A stretch of DNA of 64,000 nt from an uncultured virus (IMG/VR IMGVR_UViG_3300021431_000114) (IMGVR_UViG_3300021431_000114:1-64000); one strand, 5' to 3'. Positions 18,050-29,192 are shown, counted from the stretch's first letter. The notes: generated by a model from the sequence alone, not told the origin. Numbers and translations: made by a program.

Positions 18050-19117
18050 TTAGAAGTCTGCCGTAACCTGCACGTCCGCGTCAGCGTGATATGCACCCTC
18101 GCCGCTGCCTACAACGCAGTCGTCGGGAGTAATAGTTACTGTGCTGCCAGTGCCGCTTGTCTTAATCTCGCCAACAGCGTTGAACACCTGCCACGCGTAG
18201 GACACTGCACCCGTGTATGCTACGCCGTTGCGCGTAACGGACAGCGTATAGACAGCGTTATGCCCGATGCCCACGTAGTTGCTGCCTGCGTTGGTTGGCA
18301 CGTACTGTATCTGGTACTCGTCCGCAATGTCGTTGATGCGCTGGCTGTCCTGCGCAACAGCGTTGCCGTTGAGGAACAGCTTCGCAATGAAGATACTGCC
18401 ACCTTCGACCATTGCACGTGTGACAGTAAGCGTGCTGTTCGTCTGCCCGCTGATTTCCACGCCGTCCTGATACCACTTAAGCGTATATCCGTTGCTGCCC
18501 ACAGCAACAGCTTCCGTGCCGTACATACCCACAGCAGTAAGCGTTGCTGTCGTGTGCGTCTCGTCAAGCTCCACGCGGTTTGTCGTAATCTGCAAGATGT
18601 GGCTGTCTGATCCAGCCGTCTGTACAAGTACGTCAACACTGCCCTGCACCTTGTCCGAACATGCGTTGCTCACGTAGCTCACTTCGTAGGCAATCTGCTT
18701 GTTGGCAATCTCTGTCTTGCTTGCCAAGTTCTTAACCACTTTCAGCTCATAGTAGCTGCCGTTGATGCGTGCTTGGAAAGCGTCATTGTTCGTAGCTGTA
18801 ACCCACGTGCTGCCGTTGTACGTGAAGTTAAGGGTCAAGCCGTTGTAAGCCCACGTTACACCCGTAATCTCCGCAGGATAGCCAGCGGACGAGCGCACGC
18901 CAAGCTGTACGATAGGCTGTGCGTTAAGCACCGCAGTCTGTGCGTCACCGCTCTTGCCCGTCGCGTCCCAATCGGGCGATACTATGCCGCTCGTCGGGTC
19001 AACGACTTGGAATAGGGCTGCACCATCACCGTTGCGGTTGATGATGTTGCGCGTGACAAACACCTGGTCTCCGTTACGTAGGAAGCGGACGGAGAAAGCC
19101 GCGCCTGTTCTACTCAT
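18050..19117 (-). CDS. tail/baseplate protein with Ig-like domains
   Basis: YTLKWYQDGVEISGQTNSTLTV Ig-like motif; position in tail module. Confidence 0.7.
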   Translation of the reverse strand: MSRTGAAFSVRFLRNGDQVFVTRNIINRNGDGAALFQVVDPTSGIVSPDWDATGKSGDAQTAVLNAQPIVQLGVRSSAGYPAEITGVTWAYNGLTLNFTYNGSTWVTATNNDAFQARINGSYYELKVVKNLASKTEIANKQIAYEVSYVSNACSDKVQGSVDVLVQTAGSDSHILQITTNRVELDETHTTATLTAVGMYGTEAVAVGSNGYTLKWYQDGVEISGQTNSTLTVTRAMVEGGSIFIAKLFLNGNAVAQDSQRINDIADEYQIQYVPTNAGSNYVGIGHNAVYTLSVTRNGVAYTGAVSYAWQVFNAVGEIKTSGTGSTVTITPDDCVVGSGEGAYHADADVQVTADF

Positions 19118-19128
19118 GCTTATTGTTA

Positions 19129-19344
19129 TTATACTTTTCTTAGTTTGTTCAACTCATTCTTTAGCTCTGCAAGGGTAAGCAGAACACCGTCGAGGGAAGC
19201 AGCTGCCACTTGTATGTCGCTGTCAACCATACGCAGCTCGTTTTCGTTGACAACCATTTTGCTGCCGTTGAGCGTAGTCTGATGCAAGTGCGGGTTGATG
19301 CCTGCATTCTTGCCTTTCACTGTGTCTATGATACTGTACAGCAT
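19129..19344 (-). CDS. small tail-module protein
   Basis: 71-aa ORF packed between tail genes. Confidence 0.65.
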   Translation of the reverse strand: MLYSIIDTVKGKNAGINPHLHQTTLNGSKMVVNENELRMVDSDIQVAAASLDGVLLTLAELKNELNKLRKV

Positions 19345-19361
19345 GTTCGTTTTGCTTTATG

Positions 19362-20627
19362 TTAGTCAATGAGATACTCGCCGTTTTCGTCCGTCAGCAC
19401 AGCGTTACTCTCGTCAAGGCACAGCTCGCGGGCTGCGTGCGCATTACAGTCAAACCACTGGTCAAAGAAGCTGTCGTTGACAGTCGTGCCAATGTCGAGG
19501 TCGGCAATGGCTGCAAGGATATTCTCGCCGCGCTGCCATATCTTTTCAGCAGCATACTTCCATACTCCGTTGTCGTTGTACTTTGCCTGCGTGTACCACT
19601 GTATGAGGTAGTACAGCTCTGGGTAATCAACAACATTGTCGCCCGTGTTGAGCAGCACTTGGTTTTGGTACACCTTCATTGCAGGCGTGATGTCTGCCCC
19701 GCGTAGCGGCTTGCCGCCCGTGGGCATCGTTGTAGAAGTATGCAGGCCAATGGTACAGCGTGCTACGATGTTGCCGCTCTGTAAGAACTGCACTTCGTAC
19801 TCCCCTTTCGCTATCATGCGCATGTCGAACTTGACAAGCGGATAGGTAGCGGCAAGCAGCTCGGGCGCTGCTTCGCTGTTGGGCGTTAATGCCGTGCTGC
19901 TGCCCAAACGCACGACGCGCATAGTAGTACCGCTTGGCAATGCCGTAAGCTCTGCTGTGCCGCTTGTAAGCAGCACGTTCACGCTTTGCTCGTAGCATTT
20001 GCCGTCCACATAGTCGGCGCGTGTGCCCTGCACGGCTATTCCACGCGCTACCTTGTAGTCGTACAGCAGCAGCAAGTCATAGAATGGGTCATACGTGATG
20101 TTTGGCTTGTCAACGCAGCAGCTCAAAACGTCAGAGCCTCTGTCAGTGCAGGACAACGCTATTTCGTCGCTCTCCACGTTGTACGGAATGCCCGTGCGCC
20201 AATCAAGGAACTTGCCCTTAAAAGTAAGCACAGCCTTTGCGCTTGCAGGCAGGTTTTTCTTCACTCGCAGCATGCCGCGTGTGTCGCTTGCGCTTGTGTC
20301 TATCTCGTAGTCCGTACCAGCAGTCCATACGTCCGCAATAGGCTCGCCGTCCACAAACCACTGCAAGTCGCCTGCATTGATAGACAGAAATTCGTTTGCA
20401 GCGCCGCGATGGAATACGCCGTCAGGATCGTTGGCACGTACTTCGGGCAGTATCATCGTAGGCGTTGCCGTGCGGTCGGGCTCGTATTCGGGTGGGGAAA
20501 CGAGCGAGTTCACCGTCTGTGCTGCTGGCGACATCGGGGTAAGGCATACCAAGTGACAGCTCGTAGTAAGCGGCTGAAACTTCACTCGCGTATGCGTCCT
20601 TTGTGATGTAAATGTATTCTCGTTCAT
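19362..20627 (-). CDS. putative tail/baseplate protein
   Basis: 421-aa ORF in tail module. Confidence 0.7.
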   Translation of the reverse strand: MNENTFTSQRTHTRVKFQPLTTSCHLVCLTPMSPAAQTVNSLVSPPEYEPDRTATPTMILPEVRANDPDGVFHRGAANEFLSINAGDLQWFVDGEPIADVWTAGTDYEIDTSASDTRGMLRVKKNLPASAKAVLTFKGKFLDWRTGIPYNVESDEIALSCTDRGSDVLSCCVDKPNITYDPFYDLLLLYDYKVARGIAVQGTRADYVDGKCYEQSVNVLLTSGTAELTALPSGTTMRVVRLGSSTALTPNSEAAPELLAATYPLVKFDMRMIAKGEYEVQFLQSGNIVARCTIGLHTSTTMPTGGKPLRGADITPAMKVYQNQVLLNTGDNVVDYPELYYLIQWYTQAKYNDNGVWKYAAEKIWQRGENILAAIADLDIGTTVNDSFFDQWFDCNAHAARELCLDESNAVLTDENGEYLID

Positions 20628-20648
20628 ATAGAAATGTTGTTTTGTTCT

Positions 20649-23486
20649 TTAGCTGAAATAATCTGCTGTTGCGCGTGCTGTCGCTCCCGTTGCTTCGTTC
20701 GTTGCCAAGACATAGAAAGTAGCGACGAGCTTGTGGATGCCGTCAATACCAAGGTCGTTGAAGCTTATCTGGAACGGATTGGTAACGCTTGTATGCGAAG
20801 CGTTCCAAACAGCGTCACTTGCAGCGTCGCCGCTGTTGCGCGTGACGGCATAGTGCGTAAACTGCTCCGTCACGTCCTCCCCGTAGCCGTTAAGGATAGT
20901 CACGGCAACGTCCTCTGTCTCGCCCGGTGCAAGCGAGCCGCCAAGCGACTGCTCTGTGAAGCAGCGGAAAGCGATACGCTCAAACTGGTCTATCTGTCCG
21001 AAGATGTAAGCGTTTCCGAACACTTGCCCGTAGCCGTGGAAAACCTTTGTGTATGGTCGTCCGCTGCTGTCTATTGCAGGCATGGAGAAGCCTTCCAAGT
21101 GTCCGTGTATCTCGTAGTAGTTCGACGGCTGGAACTCCCACGTGCTCACGCCCGTAAGCGAAAGCGAGTATTCCGTCGTGGAGTACTTGAAAGCCTGCCG
21201 TTCCGTATTCTCGATGTTGCCGCGCCCTGCAAAGTGCATACCCTCAAACGGGTGGAAGCCGTTACCGCCTTCAAGCTTACTGCGTAGCACATACGTAAAG
21301 TTTTCGTTATGCGCTCCGCTGACACCCGTTATTTGGAAGTACACAGTCTTGAAGCCCGCAAACGTGAAGTTACCTATGTTGTCGTCGCTGTTCTCGCTCG
21401 CGTTGCCACTTTGGTCGTGCCAAATGCCCATGCAAAGGTCGCCCACTGCAATAGCTCCTATCTCGCCATCGTCCAGCTTAAGCGTGCCGCTGCCCGTCTC
21501 TGCACCCGTGCTGTCGGGCGTGACAGTCTCGATAATGCCGCCGCCAAACGTGTCAAAGCGGATGCCGATGTAGATGCTGACCTTGTTCCAACGCAGTTCG
21601 GGCACTTCCAGCCATTCCCACAGCGTGAGCGAGCGTAGTTCTGCGTGTCCTCTGCCGTCCAGCTTACCGCCAATACCAAGTAGTCCAGGCACAAAAGCCT
21701 GTCCCAGCTGCAAGCCCTCGTTGTGCTGCGACTGCTGCTCAAACGTGATGCGTCCGCGTGCTGTGTCCGAAATGTCCTTGCGTAGGAACTGCGCAAGCTG
21801 TCTGCGTGCAGAAAACACGTTGCTGTCGCTTGCTGGCGTGCTGTCGCCAACAGCTATCACGTACACGCTGCTCCCGCCGCCGCTGTTGCCGCCAATGTAG
21901 CTTACTCCGTTGACGGTTAGCTGCTGCACCTGCTTTTCCACGTTGCTAAGACGCGAGTATTCCGCGTTTTCGCCAACGATATACTGTGCGCTGTCATACG
22001 TGTAGTCCAGCTTCAGCTCGTAGCCGATTACACGGCTGCTCCTGCCTTGCGGAAAATACTGCGTGTTGACAAGCTTGATTTTCTTGCCCAAGTCAAACGT
22101 GCGTGCCGTAACATTGTCCGCTACCCAGTCGCTGAAAAGCGTGCAGTTGTACGTGTTTGGGTCTATGCGCGTCTTTTCAAGCCACTGCACAGCTTTGTCG
22201 TACAGCTCCATTTCGGCATTCTGTATGATACCCGTGCTTGCCATTTTGGAAGCGTCCCAGCCGTACAGCACAAACTCGTCGTCGGGTGCAGGGCAAATAA
22301 GGCTGTCGGGCAGCAAGCGTCCGTAATCCTCGTTGGCAACTATCTCGTAGTACTTATCCTTGTCGCTGTACTGACATTCAAAGTCCAAGCCGTTCATGCG
22401 CCCGCTGGTAAACTGTATGTGGAGCGTATGCCCTTCAAGTATCAAGTCCGTGCTGAAATTGAAGCCGCTCTTGTCAGTCACGCGGTAGAACGTCTGCACC
22501 TCGCCCGTTTCCTTGCCGTCCTCGTCAACGACGGGCTTGTCATACATTGTCACGACACCTACAACACATTGCGTCCGTGGGTAAACGTCGTCAAAGACGA
22601 TAACCGTTTCTACCGCCTGTTCCTCGTTCTCCACGTTTGCTGCCTGCACATAGCCATGAGGACAAAGGGGCTGTCCTTGGTTGTTAAGCAGCGGCAGCAT
22701 CAAGCGTTTCTGTATGACACCGTTTCGGGTAATGTCCGCTGACGTGTCCTTACGGTAGTCAGTAGGCAGGTTGCGGTCAGAGCCGAAAGCATACACACGC
22801 GTCGCATACTCCCCGCTGCTTTGCGAGCTTGACATTGTTGCCACGTTGTCGCCCAGCTCAAAAGTCTGTTCATCCGTTCCAAGCTCGCAGCGTCCAAAGT
22901 TTATGCAGTTATCCGTAACCCACCACTCACATTCAAACGCTTCCGCAATGGCTGTAAGTGCGTCGATGATATTTGTGTTGTCATACGTTATCAGCTTTGC
23001 TGCATTCACGTCGCCCGTGAAGTGCGCAAGGCTGTAGACATAGTCCGTCGTGCCGTTGTACTTGTAGCTGCTGCTGACAGTACCAAGTTGGTTGATGCAG
23101 CGCAAAGCGACTTGTATATGCACGCTGATAGCAGCGGTAAGCGAGAAGCTTGTTTCCGTCGCTGCACTTTCGGGTACGTACTTACACTTTTTGTTTTTCC
23201 ACTTCCAGTAGTACGCATCCAAGCGAAGCTCGTAGTCATAGCCGCCCGATTTCGCGTTGAACGTAGGCGAGTATGGGTCAACAAGCTCAAAGCGTCCAAA
23301 GCCCTCGATGTCGCAGTAGTCGCCCACCTTGAAATAGACGGGCTCTGCCGTCGTAAACGCAAGCTGCACGTAATGCTCGCTCATTAGTTCCCGGTGAACT
23401 AACGAGCCAGCATTAAGCACGGAGCTGAAAACGTTGCTTACAACACCGCTGCTGTTCCTGCGTTTTATCGTAAAGTTTTCAATCAT
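20649..23486 (-). CDS. tail tip / baseplate hub (Tal-like) protein
   Basis: follows Dit; ECEWW, YATRVYAFGSDRNL and FDDVYP motifs of Bacteroidota phage hub proteins. Confidence 0.75.
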   Translation of the reverse strand: MIENFTIKRRNSSGVVSNVFSSVLNAGSLVHRELMSEHYVQLAFTTAEPVYFKVGDYCDIEGFGRFELVDPYSPTFNAKSGGYDYELRLDAYYWKWKNKKCKYVPESAATETSFSLTAAISVHIQVALRCINQLGTVSSSYKYNGTTDYVYSLAHFTGDVNAAKLITYDNTNIIDALTAIAEAFECEWWVTDNCINFGRCELGTDEQTFELGDNVATMSSSQSSGEYATRVYAFGSDRNLPTDYRKDTSADITRNGVIQKRLMLPLLNNQGQPLCPHGYVQAANVENEEQAVETVIVFDDVYPRTQCVVGVVTMYDKPVVDEDGKETGEVQTFYRVTDKSGFNFSTDLILEGHTLHIQFTSGRMNGLDFECQYSDKDKYYEIVANEDYGRLLPDSLICPAPDDEFVLYGWDASKMASTGIIQNAEMELYDKAVQWLEKTRIDPNTYNCTLFSDWVADNVTARTFDLGKKIKLVNTQYFPQGRSSRVIGYELKLDYTYDSAQYIVGENAEYSRLSNVEKQVQQLTVNGVSYIGGNSGGGSSVYVIAVGDSTPASDSNVFSARRQLAQFLRKDISDTARGRITFEQQSQHNEGLQLGQAFVPGLLGIGGKLDGRGHAELRSLTLWEWLEVPELRWNKVSIYIGIRFDTFGGGIIETVTPDSTGAETGSGTLKLDDGEIGAIAVGDLCMGIWHDQSGNASENSDDNIGNFTFAGFKTVYFQITGVSGAHNENFTYVLRSKLEGGNGFHPFEGMHFAGRGNIENTERQAFKYSTTEYSLSLTGVSTWEFQPSNYYEIHGHLEGFSMPAIDSSGRPYTKVFHGYGQVFGNAYIFGQIDQFERIAFRCFTEQSLGGSLAPGETEDVAVTILNGYGEDVTEQFTHYAVTRNSGDAASDAVWNASHTSVTNPFQISFNDLGIDGIHKLVATFYVLATNEATGATARATADYFS

Positions 23487-23904
23487 TTACTGCTGCCTTT
23501 GGATTGGGCTCTGTGAATTTGAGCGTAAAGATACCCTTTTTCAATCCGTAATTGCCGTATTTCGTGCAGCTCGTGTAAACAAGTTTATACGTTCTATTGT
23601 TTAGGGCAGGAACACGCAGCGAAAACAGCCCTTTCGTGATAGCATCAAGGAAACTTTCGTAGTGCTGCAAGTATGCAGCCTGCGTCGCTCCCTCAATCAT
23701 TACTTGCAGCTGTACTTCGCGCTTGTCAAGCTTTGTGTTCTGCTCATTGGCTACGACGCGGATGCCGTGCTCCAAGCGCGAGTTGTTGCTGATGTACTGC
23801 TTTGTCGGGGCTGGAGTAAGCAGTGCTTCGTACCAGCCGCGAATGAACGTTGCCCCGTAGTTGGCAACGTCCACGTCGTTGATGTATGCTTGTCCGCTTA
23901 TCAT
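23479..23904 (-). CDS. distal tail protein (Dit-like)
   Basis: directly after tape measure; C-terminal FTLKFTEPNP. Confidence 0.7.
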   Translation of the reverse strand: MISGQAYINDVDVANYGATFIRGWYEALLTPAPTKQYISNNSRLEHGIRVVANEQNTKLDKREVQLQVMIEGATQAAYLQHYESFLDAITKGLFSLRVPALNNRTYKLVYTSCTKYGNYGLKKGIFTLKFTEPNPKAAVND

Positions 23905-23909
23905 ACTTC

Positions 23910-26900
23910 TTACTTTTTGTTTACGTTCTTTACTGCGTTGTAAATCTTTTCAATCACTGTTGCCATGTCGGGCAGCGGTGCAGTGTTGGCAATAATCTCG
24001 TCCAGCTTGTTCAAGTTGTCATACTGCACGTCCAGCAGCTCCGTCATGTTCTGCGAAAGCGTCACCGTTGCAAGGCGCGTCTGCTGAATATCTGCCTGCA
24101 CAAGCACAAGCAGCTCATGCGTCTGCGCGTTGAAGTCAAGTATCTGCAAGCCGCACTCATACAAGGCCGTGAAGCGCCCGTTAAGCTCTTCCGCTGTGTC
24201 CTGCGACATCGTTTGCCATGCCTTGCTGCTCGCTTCCTGCTCAAAAGCGTCACTGCCCGTTATGTCGAAGCCGCGCTCCTTGAATTTCTCGTCGATGTAC
24301 GTCAGCAGGTTTTGGATCGTCGGCAGCTGGCTTTCCGCGTTACTAAGCAGCGCGTCCGTTGCTTTCATAATGCCGTCCGTAAGTGCCTTTTCGTCCATAG
24401 CACCCATGCTGTACGCTTCGTACAAGTTGGCAAGCTTGTCTTGGAAGCCGTCGAACACCCTTTGCAGCAGGGCTTGCTTTATCATTTCCTTGGCAATCTC
24501 CGCAAACGTGTCGCTTGCATACTGCTTGAAGCTATCCAGTACGTCCTTGCCGTCCTTAAGCCAGTCCCACAGCGCGTCCGTCATATCGTCTGTAAGCGGG
24601 CTGAACATGTCGGACACGTATTCCTCCAGCTGTTCGCGGAACTTGTCATATTCCTGCTTAAGCCGCACAAGTTCCTCCAGCGTTGCCTTTGTCTCACCAA
24701 CAAGCTTGTCGCCGTACTTGTCAAGGATTGTGTTTGCAAGCTCCACATTGACAAAGCCGCTGTTGTCGAACAAGTCAGCACCGAGGTTTTTCTTTGCCCA
24801 TTCCGTCAAATCCTCTGTCCGCTGTGAGTGCCCGCCAATACCTGTGCCCAAAAAGCCACTGCTCGCGCTGCGTGTTTCAATTCGCAGGTTTTTGAAAGCT
24901 GCCGTCGTACCCTCTTGGTAGTTCATGCTGTCAAGCAGTGCGCCCACGCCTTTGCCAATAAGCCCTTCTGCACCGCCAAACAAGCCCGTGATACCCCAAT
25001 CCATAATCTTGCCAAGCACAGTGTCCTTGTCAAGTATGCCCACTTTGTCGAGTGCGCCGACAATGAGCTTGCCCGGTATGCTGACAATATCGCTGACAAG
25101 CCCGCCAATCCACGCAAGCGCATTTGTCAGCCAGCCACCGCCACTCTCGTTTTGGTAGATAGCCTGCGCTTCGTACATTTTGTTGATGTAGCTTTCAAGT
25201 GCCTTGTTGCTGTACTCATACATGTCGCGCAAGTCCTGCATGCCAGTACTTGCAAACCAACGCTTTTCCGCGTTCTGTGCTTCAATGACAGCAAGGCGGT
25301 AATCATCAACGGCACTGCGTAGCTCGTTTATCTCCTTCTGCTTCTCGGCAAATTCCTCGTACTGTGCGTGTGCGTCCTTGTACAGCGAGCTTATTTTCTG
25401 GATAAGTTGTATGGCTGCACTGATAATGGCAAGGATAACACTTGCTTTTTCAAGCGTAGAAAGTGCCTGCACGCCCGCAGCTGTCACAGCTTTAATGCCG
25501 TCAATGGTCTGCGTCGTGAACGTCATAACGTCGCCGATAAGCCCAAGTATCTGCCCTGCTTCGCCACCTATAGCGTTGCCCAAGTTGCTGATAGCGTTTG
25601 CAAGCTCGTCAACCTGCGCAATAACAGCTTTCTGTGCCTTGCGGTAGCGGTTCTTTGACTTTTCCACTGCGTCCGTTGCTTCGCGCTCCTTTTCCTCTGC
25701 CTGCGTCAGCTGCTCGTTGGCTTTCGCAAGCTGCTTTGCGTCGCCAGCAGCTTTTGCAAGGCGCACACGCTCCTTTGCAGCAGCCACGTTGGCAGTAGCA
25801 AGGCGCAAGCGGTTTTCTGCGTTTGTCAGCTCCTGTGCGCTTGTCGTAAGGGCTGCAAACGGGTCGCGGCTTTCCAGCTCGTCGTACATCTGCTGCAAGG
25901 TGCTGGTGTACTCGCGTAGCTTTTCGGGGTCAAGCGACTGTGCTGCTGCCTGCTTCGCTTCCTCAAACTGCTGTATGAGTGCTTGCAGCGTCTGCGAGGA
26001 CGTGTTACCCAAGTCCTCAAAGGCACGAACATAGTCGGGCGTTGCCTTTAGCTGCTGCAAGGAAAGTCCTGCTTGCTGCTCGTTGTGCTGCTTGGTAGCC
26101 TGCGCACGGCTGCGCTGCAACGCTTCCACGCGCTCTGTATCGCCACGTTCCTGCGCCTGCGCAATAGCCTTGTCGATGTCCTGCAACGCCTTTTGGTAGT
26201 CTGCATCAATCTTTTTCTTCTTGTCGATGTAGGACTGGTACTGTGCTACAAGCTCGTCCTCTTGCTGCTGTTCAGCTTTTATGCGCGTTGCGGAAAGGTC
26301 TGCCAAGTCCTGCTGCTCCTTTGCCGATATAGCGGCAAGCAGCTGTGATGTCTGCTGTTGCAGCTGTGCGCGTCGCTCGTTGTACTGCTGCTCGTTCAGC
26401 CCGCTTTTGCCGCCCTTGTAGCTTGCATCAAGATTGGCTACAGCTTCGTCGCCAGCCTTTTGTGCCGCACGTCGGTCTATCTCTGCCTGCATGGCAATAC
26501 GCTCGCGCTGCAACTGCTCCCAGCGTTTCGTGCCTTCCTTTTCTGCTTCCAGCTCGCGGTCTATACGCTCCTTTGTCAGCTTCAGCAGCTCGTCGTTAAG
26601 TTCCGCAGCGGACTTGTATTTTGGCTTGTCCTTTGTCGGCTTGTCCGTTGTCGTAGGCTCGTCTTCGTCAACAGTACGCACACCTATACTGTCATAGATG
26701 GATTCTGCCTGCGCCTTTAAGTCCTCTGCCGTTTGCAGCCACATTTCCGCACGCTGCTGTGCTGGCCCCATGGCACGCTCAATGAGCAAGTCAACGCCAC
26801 GCTGGTTAAGGACAAAATCATCTTCTGCCATCCAGTCCATGCCGAGCGTGCTGTCCTTTTTCACCGTGCCGTACATCGTCCAGTTGTTGCCGAACAGCTC

Positions 26901-28865
26901 ACGCGCATCAGACATTGAGATCGTGTCGCCTGCCGTGTAGTTATCCGTTACGCCGCTCAACGCCTTCTCGTACTCTTTCTGCGCCTTTGCAGCGTAGGCA
27001 GCAGCTTGTGCGCGTAGCGACAAAGCTTCAATAACCTTGCTTGTGTTGTTGACAAGAAACCTTTCAGCTTCCGACGTGTTATCTATGCGGACACCCAGCG
27101 TTTTGAACTCCTGTGCGTTCTTTTTTATCCACTTCTGCTTGTCCTGCTCCGAGGACAGCTTGCGCCACTGCGTTTGCAGCCGTTGGTAGCTTGTCAGCGT
27201 CTTGGCAATTTCGCTGTTGAACACACCATAGGCTTCCTGTGCGATTTCCTTTGTACGCTCCAGCTCCTTTTGGTGTTCTTCCTCTGCCTTGCTTGCCTTG
27301 CTGCTGCCAAGCGCAAAGGCAGCAAGTGCGCCCACGACTGTAACGATTGCCATAGCAAGCAGCACATATGGGTTTGCCTTTGCAATGGCGTTGAAGATAC
27401 CTTGTGCAACAGCAGCAGCTTTCGTCACGACAACGTTACGTCCCTTTGCTGCTGTCTCGATGTCCGTAGCCTTTGCAGCTGCAAGTGTCTGTATAGTGCT
27501 GATACCGCGCATAAGTGCGGACTGCCCTTGCAGCGCGTTACCTGCTTCCGTGAGGAAGTTTGTTGCAGCGAGCGAGCCTTGTATGATAGTCTGGGCACGC
27601 GCCAATTCTTCCTCGCTCATACCCAGTGCGGCAGCTGCACCCTCGGCAGCACCAAAGCCCGATATAAGCAAGTTGAGCCCTTGCGTCACGGCTGCAAAGG
27701 CAGCTGTGTCGTTTGCGTCGTTTTTTATCTGCTCCTGCACGTCGCCGAAAGCGTCTTGCAGCTTTGCAGCCTTTGCGGACAGCTCGTCAAGCTTCTGCTT
27801 AAGCTCCTGCCCCTCTGCGCTGGCACGCTCTGCTTCCGTCATTTCACGCCACTGCAAAGTAAGCATGGTTATCTCGTTACGCAGTTCCATGAGCTGCTGA
27901 CGCGGCCCTTTGCTCGTCGCGCTTTCTTCGGGCAACGGTACAGCGTTGCTTGAAATAGCTTCAATCGTCTGCATAAACGACTGTATGCTGTCAGCTGCTT
28001 GCTGCACACGCTGCTCCGCTTGCTTTATTTCGCGCTCTGCCCAGGCAGCTTGTTCTTTGTCGCCTGACTTTAACGCTTTTTCAAGTGTCTTTTTTTGCTT
28101 CTCTATGTATTCAAGATGCGACCTAACGAAAGAAGCGTTCTGCGCTATTGAGCCACTAAGTACTTTTGCCGTGCCGCCAAGCTTTGTGCCCATTTCCGTT
28201 GCACGTGCGGCAATATCTTCAAGACCTTTCACAAACTCCGCGTTGTATTGCGTAGCTTGCTTTGTCGCTTCGTTATCTTCCCTCTTTGCTTCCGTTTGCT
28301 CGCGTGTAGCTTGCGTTTCCGCTGCTGTTGCGTCAACAGCTTCACGCTCCGTCTCGTTTTGCTGCTGCAAAGATGAAAGGAAGTTGATGTAAATGCTGTT
28401 AAGTTGTGAAACGCTGTCTGCCGCGCCCTGTTGAGCTGCACGCATTTCATCAATCTTCTGCACTTGTTGCGAGTAAGCTTCACGCTGGCTATCCAGCTGC
28501 TGCTTAAGCTCGTCAAACTCCTTTGAGCCGACGATGGTCTGTCCCTGCTGCTTTTCCAGCTTGCTGATAGCTTGCTGCAAGCGTGTTGCTTCCTGCTCCG
28601 CGTTCTTAAGCATTTCGGGCGTAGTAGTCAGCTGCTTGTTTGTCTGCGCAATAGCGTCGTTGAGTACCTGCATGGCAGCTTTCGTCTTTGCCGCCAAGTC
28701 CTTTTCGCTGCTGTTTGCAATGTCCGTCAGTGCCTTCGACATGCGAGCACTGATAACGTCCGTTTCCGCGCCAAGCCTGTCAAGGTCGCTTATCAGCGCG
28801 TCAAACGTTTTCTTTATGTCGTCAATATTGACTATACCAGTAATGCCTAATACGTCCTCTGCCAT
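23910..28865 (-). CDS. tail tape measure protein (1651 aa)
   Basis: long A/Q/E/K-rich helical protein with hydrophobic segments; MSQDTAEELNGRFTA C-terminal motif; follows tail chaperones. Confidence 0.92.
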   Translation of the reverse strand: MAEDVLGITGIVNIDDIKKTFDALISDLDRLGAETDVISARMSKALTDIANSSEKDLAAKTKAAMQVLNDAIAQTNKQLTTTPEMLKNAEQEATRLQQAISKLEKQQGQTIVGSKEFDELKQQLDSQREAYSQQVQKIDEMRAAQQGAADSVSQLNSIYINFLSSLQQQNETEREAVDATAAETQATREQTEAKREDNEATKQATQYNAEFVKGLEDIAARATEMGTKLGGTAKVLSGSIAQNASFVRSHLEYIEKQKKTLEKALKSGDKEQAAWAEREIKQAEQRVQQAADSIQSFMQTIEAISSNAVPLPEESATSKGPRQQLMELRNEITMLTLQWREMTEAERASAEGQELKQKLDELSAKAAKLQDAFGDVQEQIKNDANDTAAFAAVTQGLNLLISGFGAAEGAAAALGMSEEELARAQTIIQGSLAATNFLTEAGNALQGQSALMRGISTIQTLAAAKATDIETAAKGRNVVVTKAAAVAQGIFNAIAKANPYVLLAMAIVTVVGALAAFALGSSKASKAEEEHQKELERTKEIAQEAYGVFNSEIAKTLTSYQRLQTQWRKLSSEQDKQKWIKKNAQEFKTLGVRIDNTSEAERFLVNNTSKVIEALSLRAQAAAYAAKAQKEYEKALSGVTDNYTAGDTISMSDARELFGNNWTMYGTVKKDSTLGMDWMAEDDFVLNQRGVDLLIERAMGPAQQRAEMWLQTAEDLKAQAESIYDSIGVRTVDEDEPTTTDKPTKDKPKYKSAAELNDELLKLTKERIDRELEAEKEGTKRWEQLQRERIAMQAEIDRRAAQKAGDEAVANLDASYKGGKSGLNEQQYNERRAQLQQQTSQLLAAISAKEQQDLADLSATRIKAEQQQEDELVAQYQSYIDKKKKIDADYQKALQDIDKAIAQAQERGDTERVEALQRSRAQATKQHNEQQAGLSLQQLKATPDYVRAFEDLGNTSSQTLQALIQQFEEAKQAAAQSLDPEKLREYTSTLQQMYDELESRDPFAALTTSAQELTNAENRLRLATANVAAAKERVRLAKAAGDAKQLAKANEQLTQAEEKEREATDAVEKSKNRYRKAQKAVIAQVDELANAISNLGNAIGGEAGQILGLIGDVMTFTTQTIDGIKAVTAAGVQALSTLEKASVILAIISAAIQLIQKISSLYKDAHAQYEEFAEKQKEINELRSAVDDYRLAVIEAQNAEKRWFASTGMQDLRDMYEYSNKALESYINKMYEAQAIYQNESGGGWLTNALAWIGGLVSDIVSIPGKLIVGALDKVGILDKDTVLGKIMDWGITGLFGGAEGLIGKGVGALLDSMNYQEGTTAAFKNLRIETRSASSGFLGTGIGGHSQRTEDLTEWAKKNLGADLFDNSGFVNVELANTILDKYGDKLVGETKATLEELVRLKQEYDKFREQLEEYVSDMFSPLTDDMTDALWDWLKDGKDVLDSFKQYASDTFAEIAKEMIKQALLQRVFDGFQDKLANLYEAYSMGAMDEKALTDGIMKATDALLSNAESQLPTIQNLLTYIDEKFKERGFDITGSDAFEQEASSKAWQTMSQDTAEELNGRFTALYECGLQILDFNAQTHELLVLVQADIQQTRLATVTLSQNMTELLDVQYDNLNKLDEIIANTAPLPDMATVIEKIYNAVKNVNKK

Positions 28866-28877
28866 AATGCTTCGTTG

Positions 28878-29192
28878 TTACATGAATTGTTGGAAGAAAG
28901 TGTTTGCATGACCGCCTTGCGGCTTGACGTGCTTAACGCCTGCTGATGCACGTTCGCTTCCTTTTTTGCTGCTTGGCGTGCCGTCCTCTGCGTCCTTGCT
29001 GCTGGACTTGAAGTTTGGTATTGCCTTGTTGAGCAGCATAATGTTGATGTATGAGCGTCTAAATACGACCTCCTCGTAACTCATACGGAAGTATTTCATC
29101 ACGCCTCCGACTGTTGCCCATGGGCTGTCGTTTGCTTGGGCTCCGTTATCTTCGTCGTCTGCTTGAGGAAAATTATAGAGGTCAAGAAAAAA
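28878..29192 (-). CDS. tail assembly chaperone, -1 frameshift extension (gpGT-like)
   Basis: the -1 frame is open from the slippery site: FFLDLYNFPQADDEDNGAQANDSPWATVGGVMKYFRMSYEEV... Confidence 0.75.
   Translation of the reverse strand, partial: FFLDLYNFPQADDEDNGAQANDSPWATVGGVMKYFRMSYEEVVFRRSYINIMLLNKAIPNFKSSSKDAEDGTPSSKKGSERASAGVKHVKPQGGHANTFFQQFM

Noticed and set aside
8219..20627. Second DGR target
   Set aside because: No further copy of TR-like sequence found by eye; one could exist outside the window
27950..28450. More AT-rich patch in the tape measure gene
   Set aside because: Frame intact, no intron, intein or repeat boundaries; likely ordinary mosaicism
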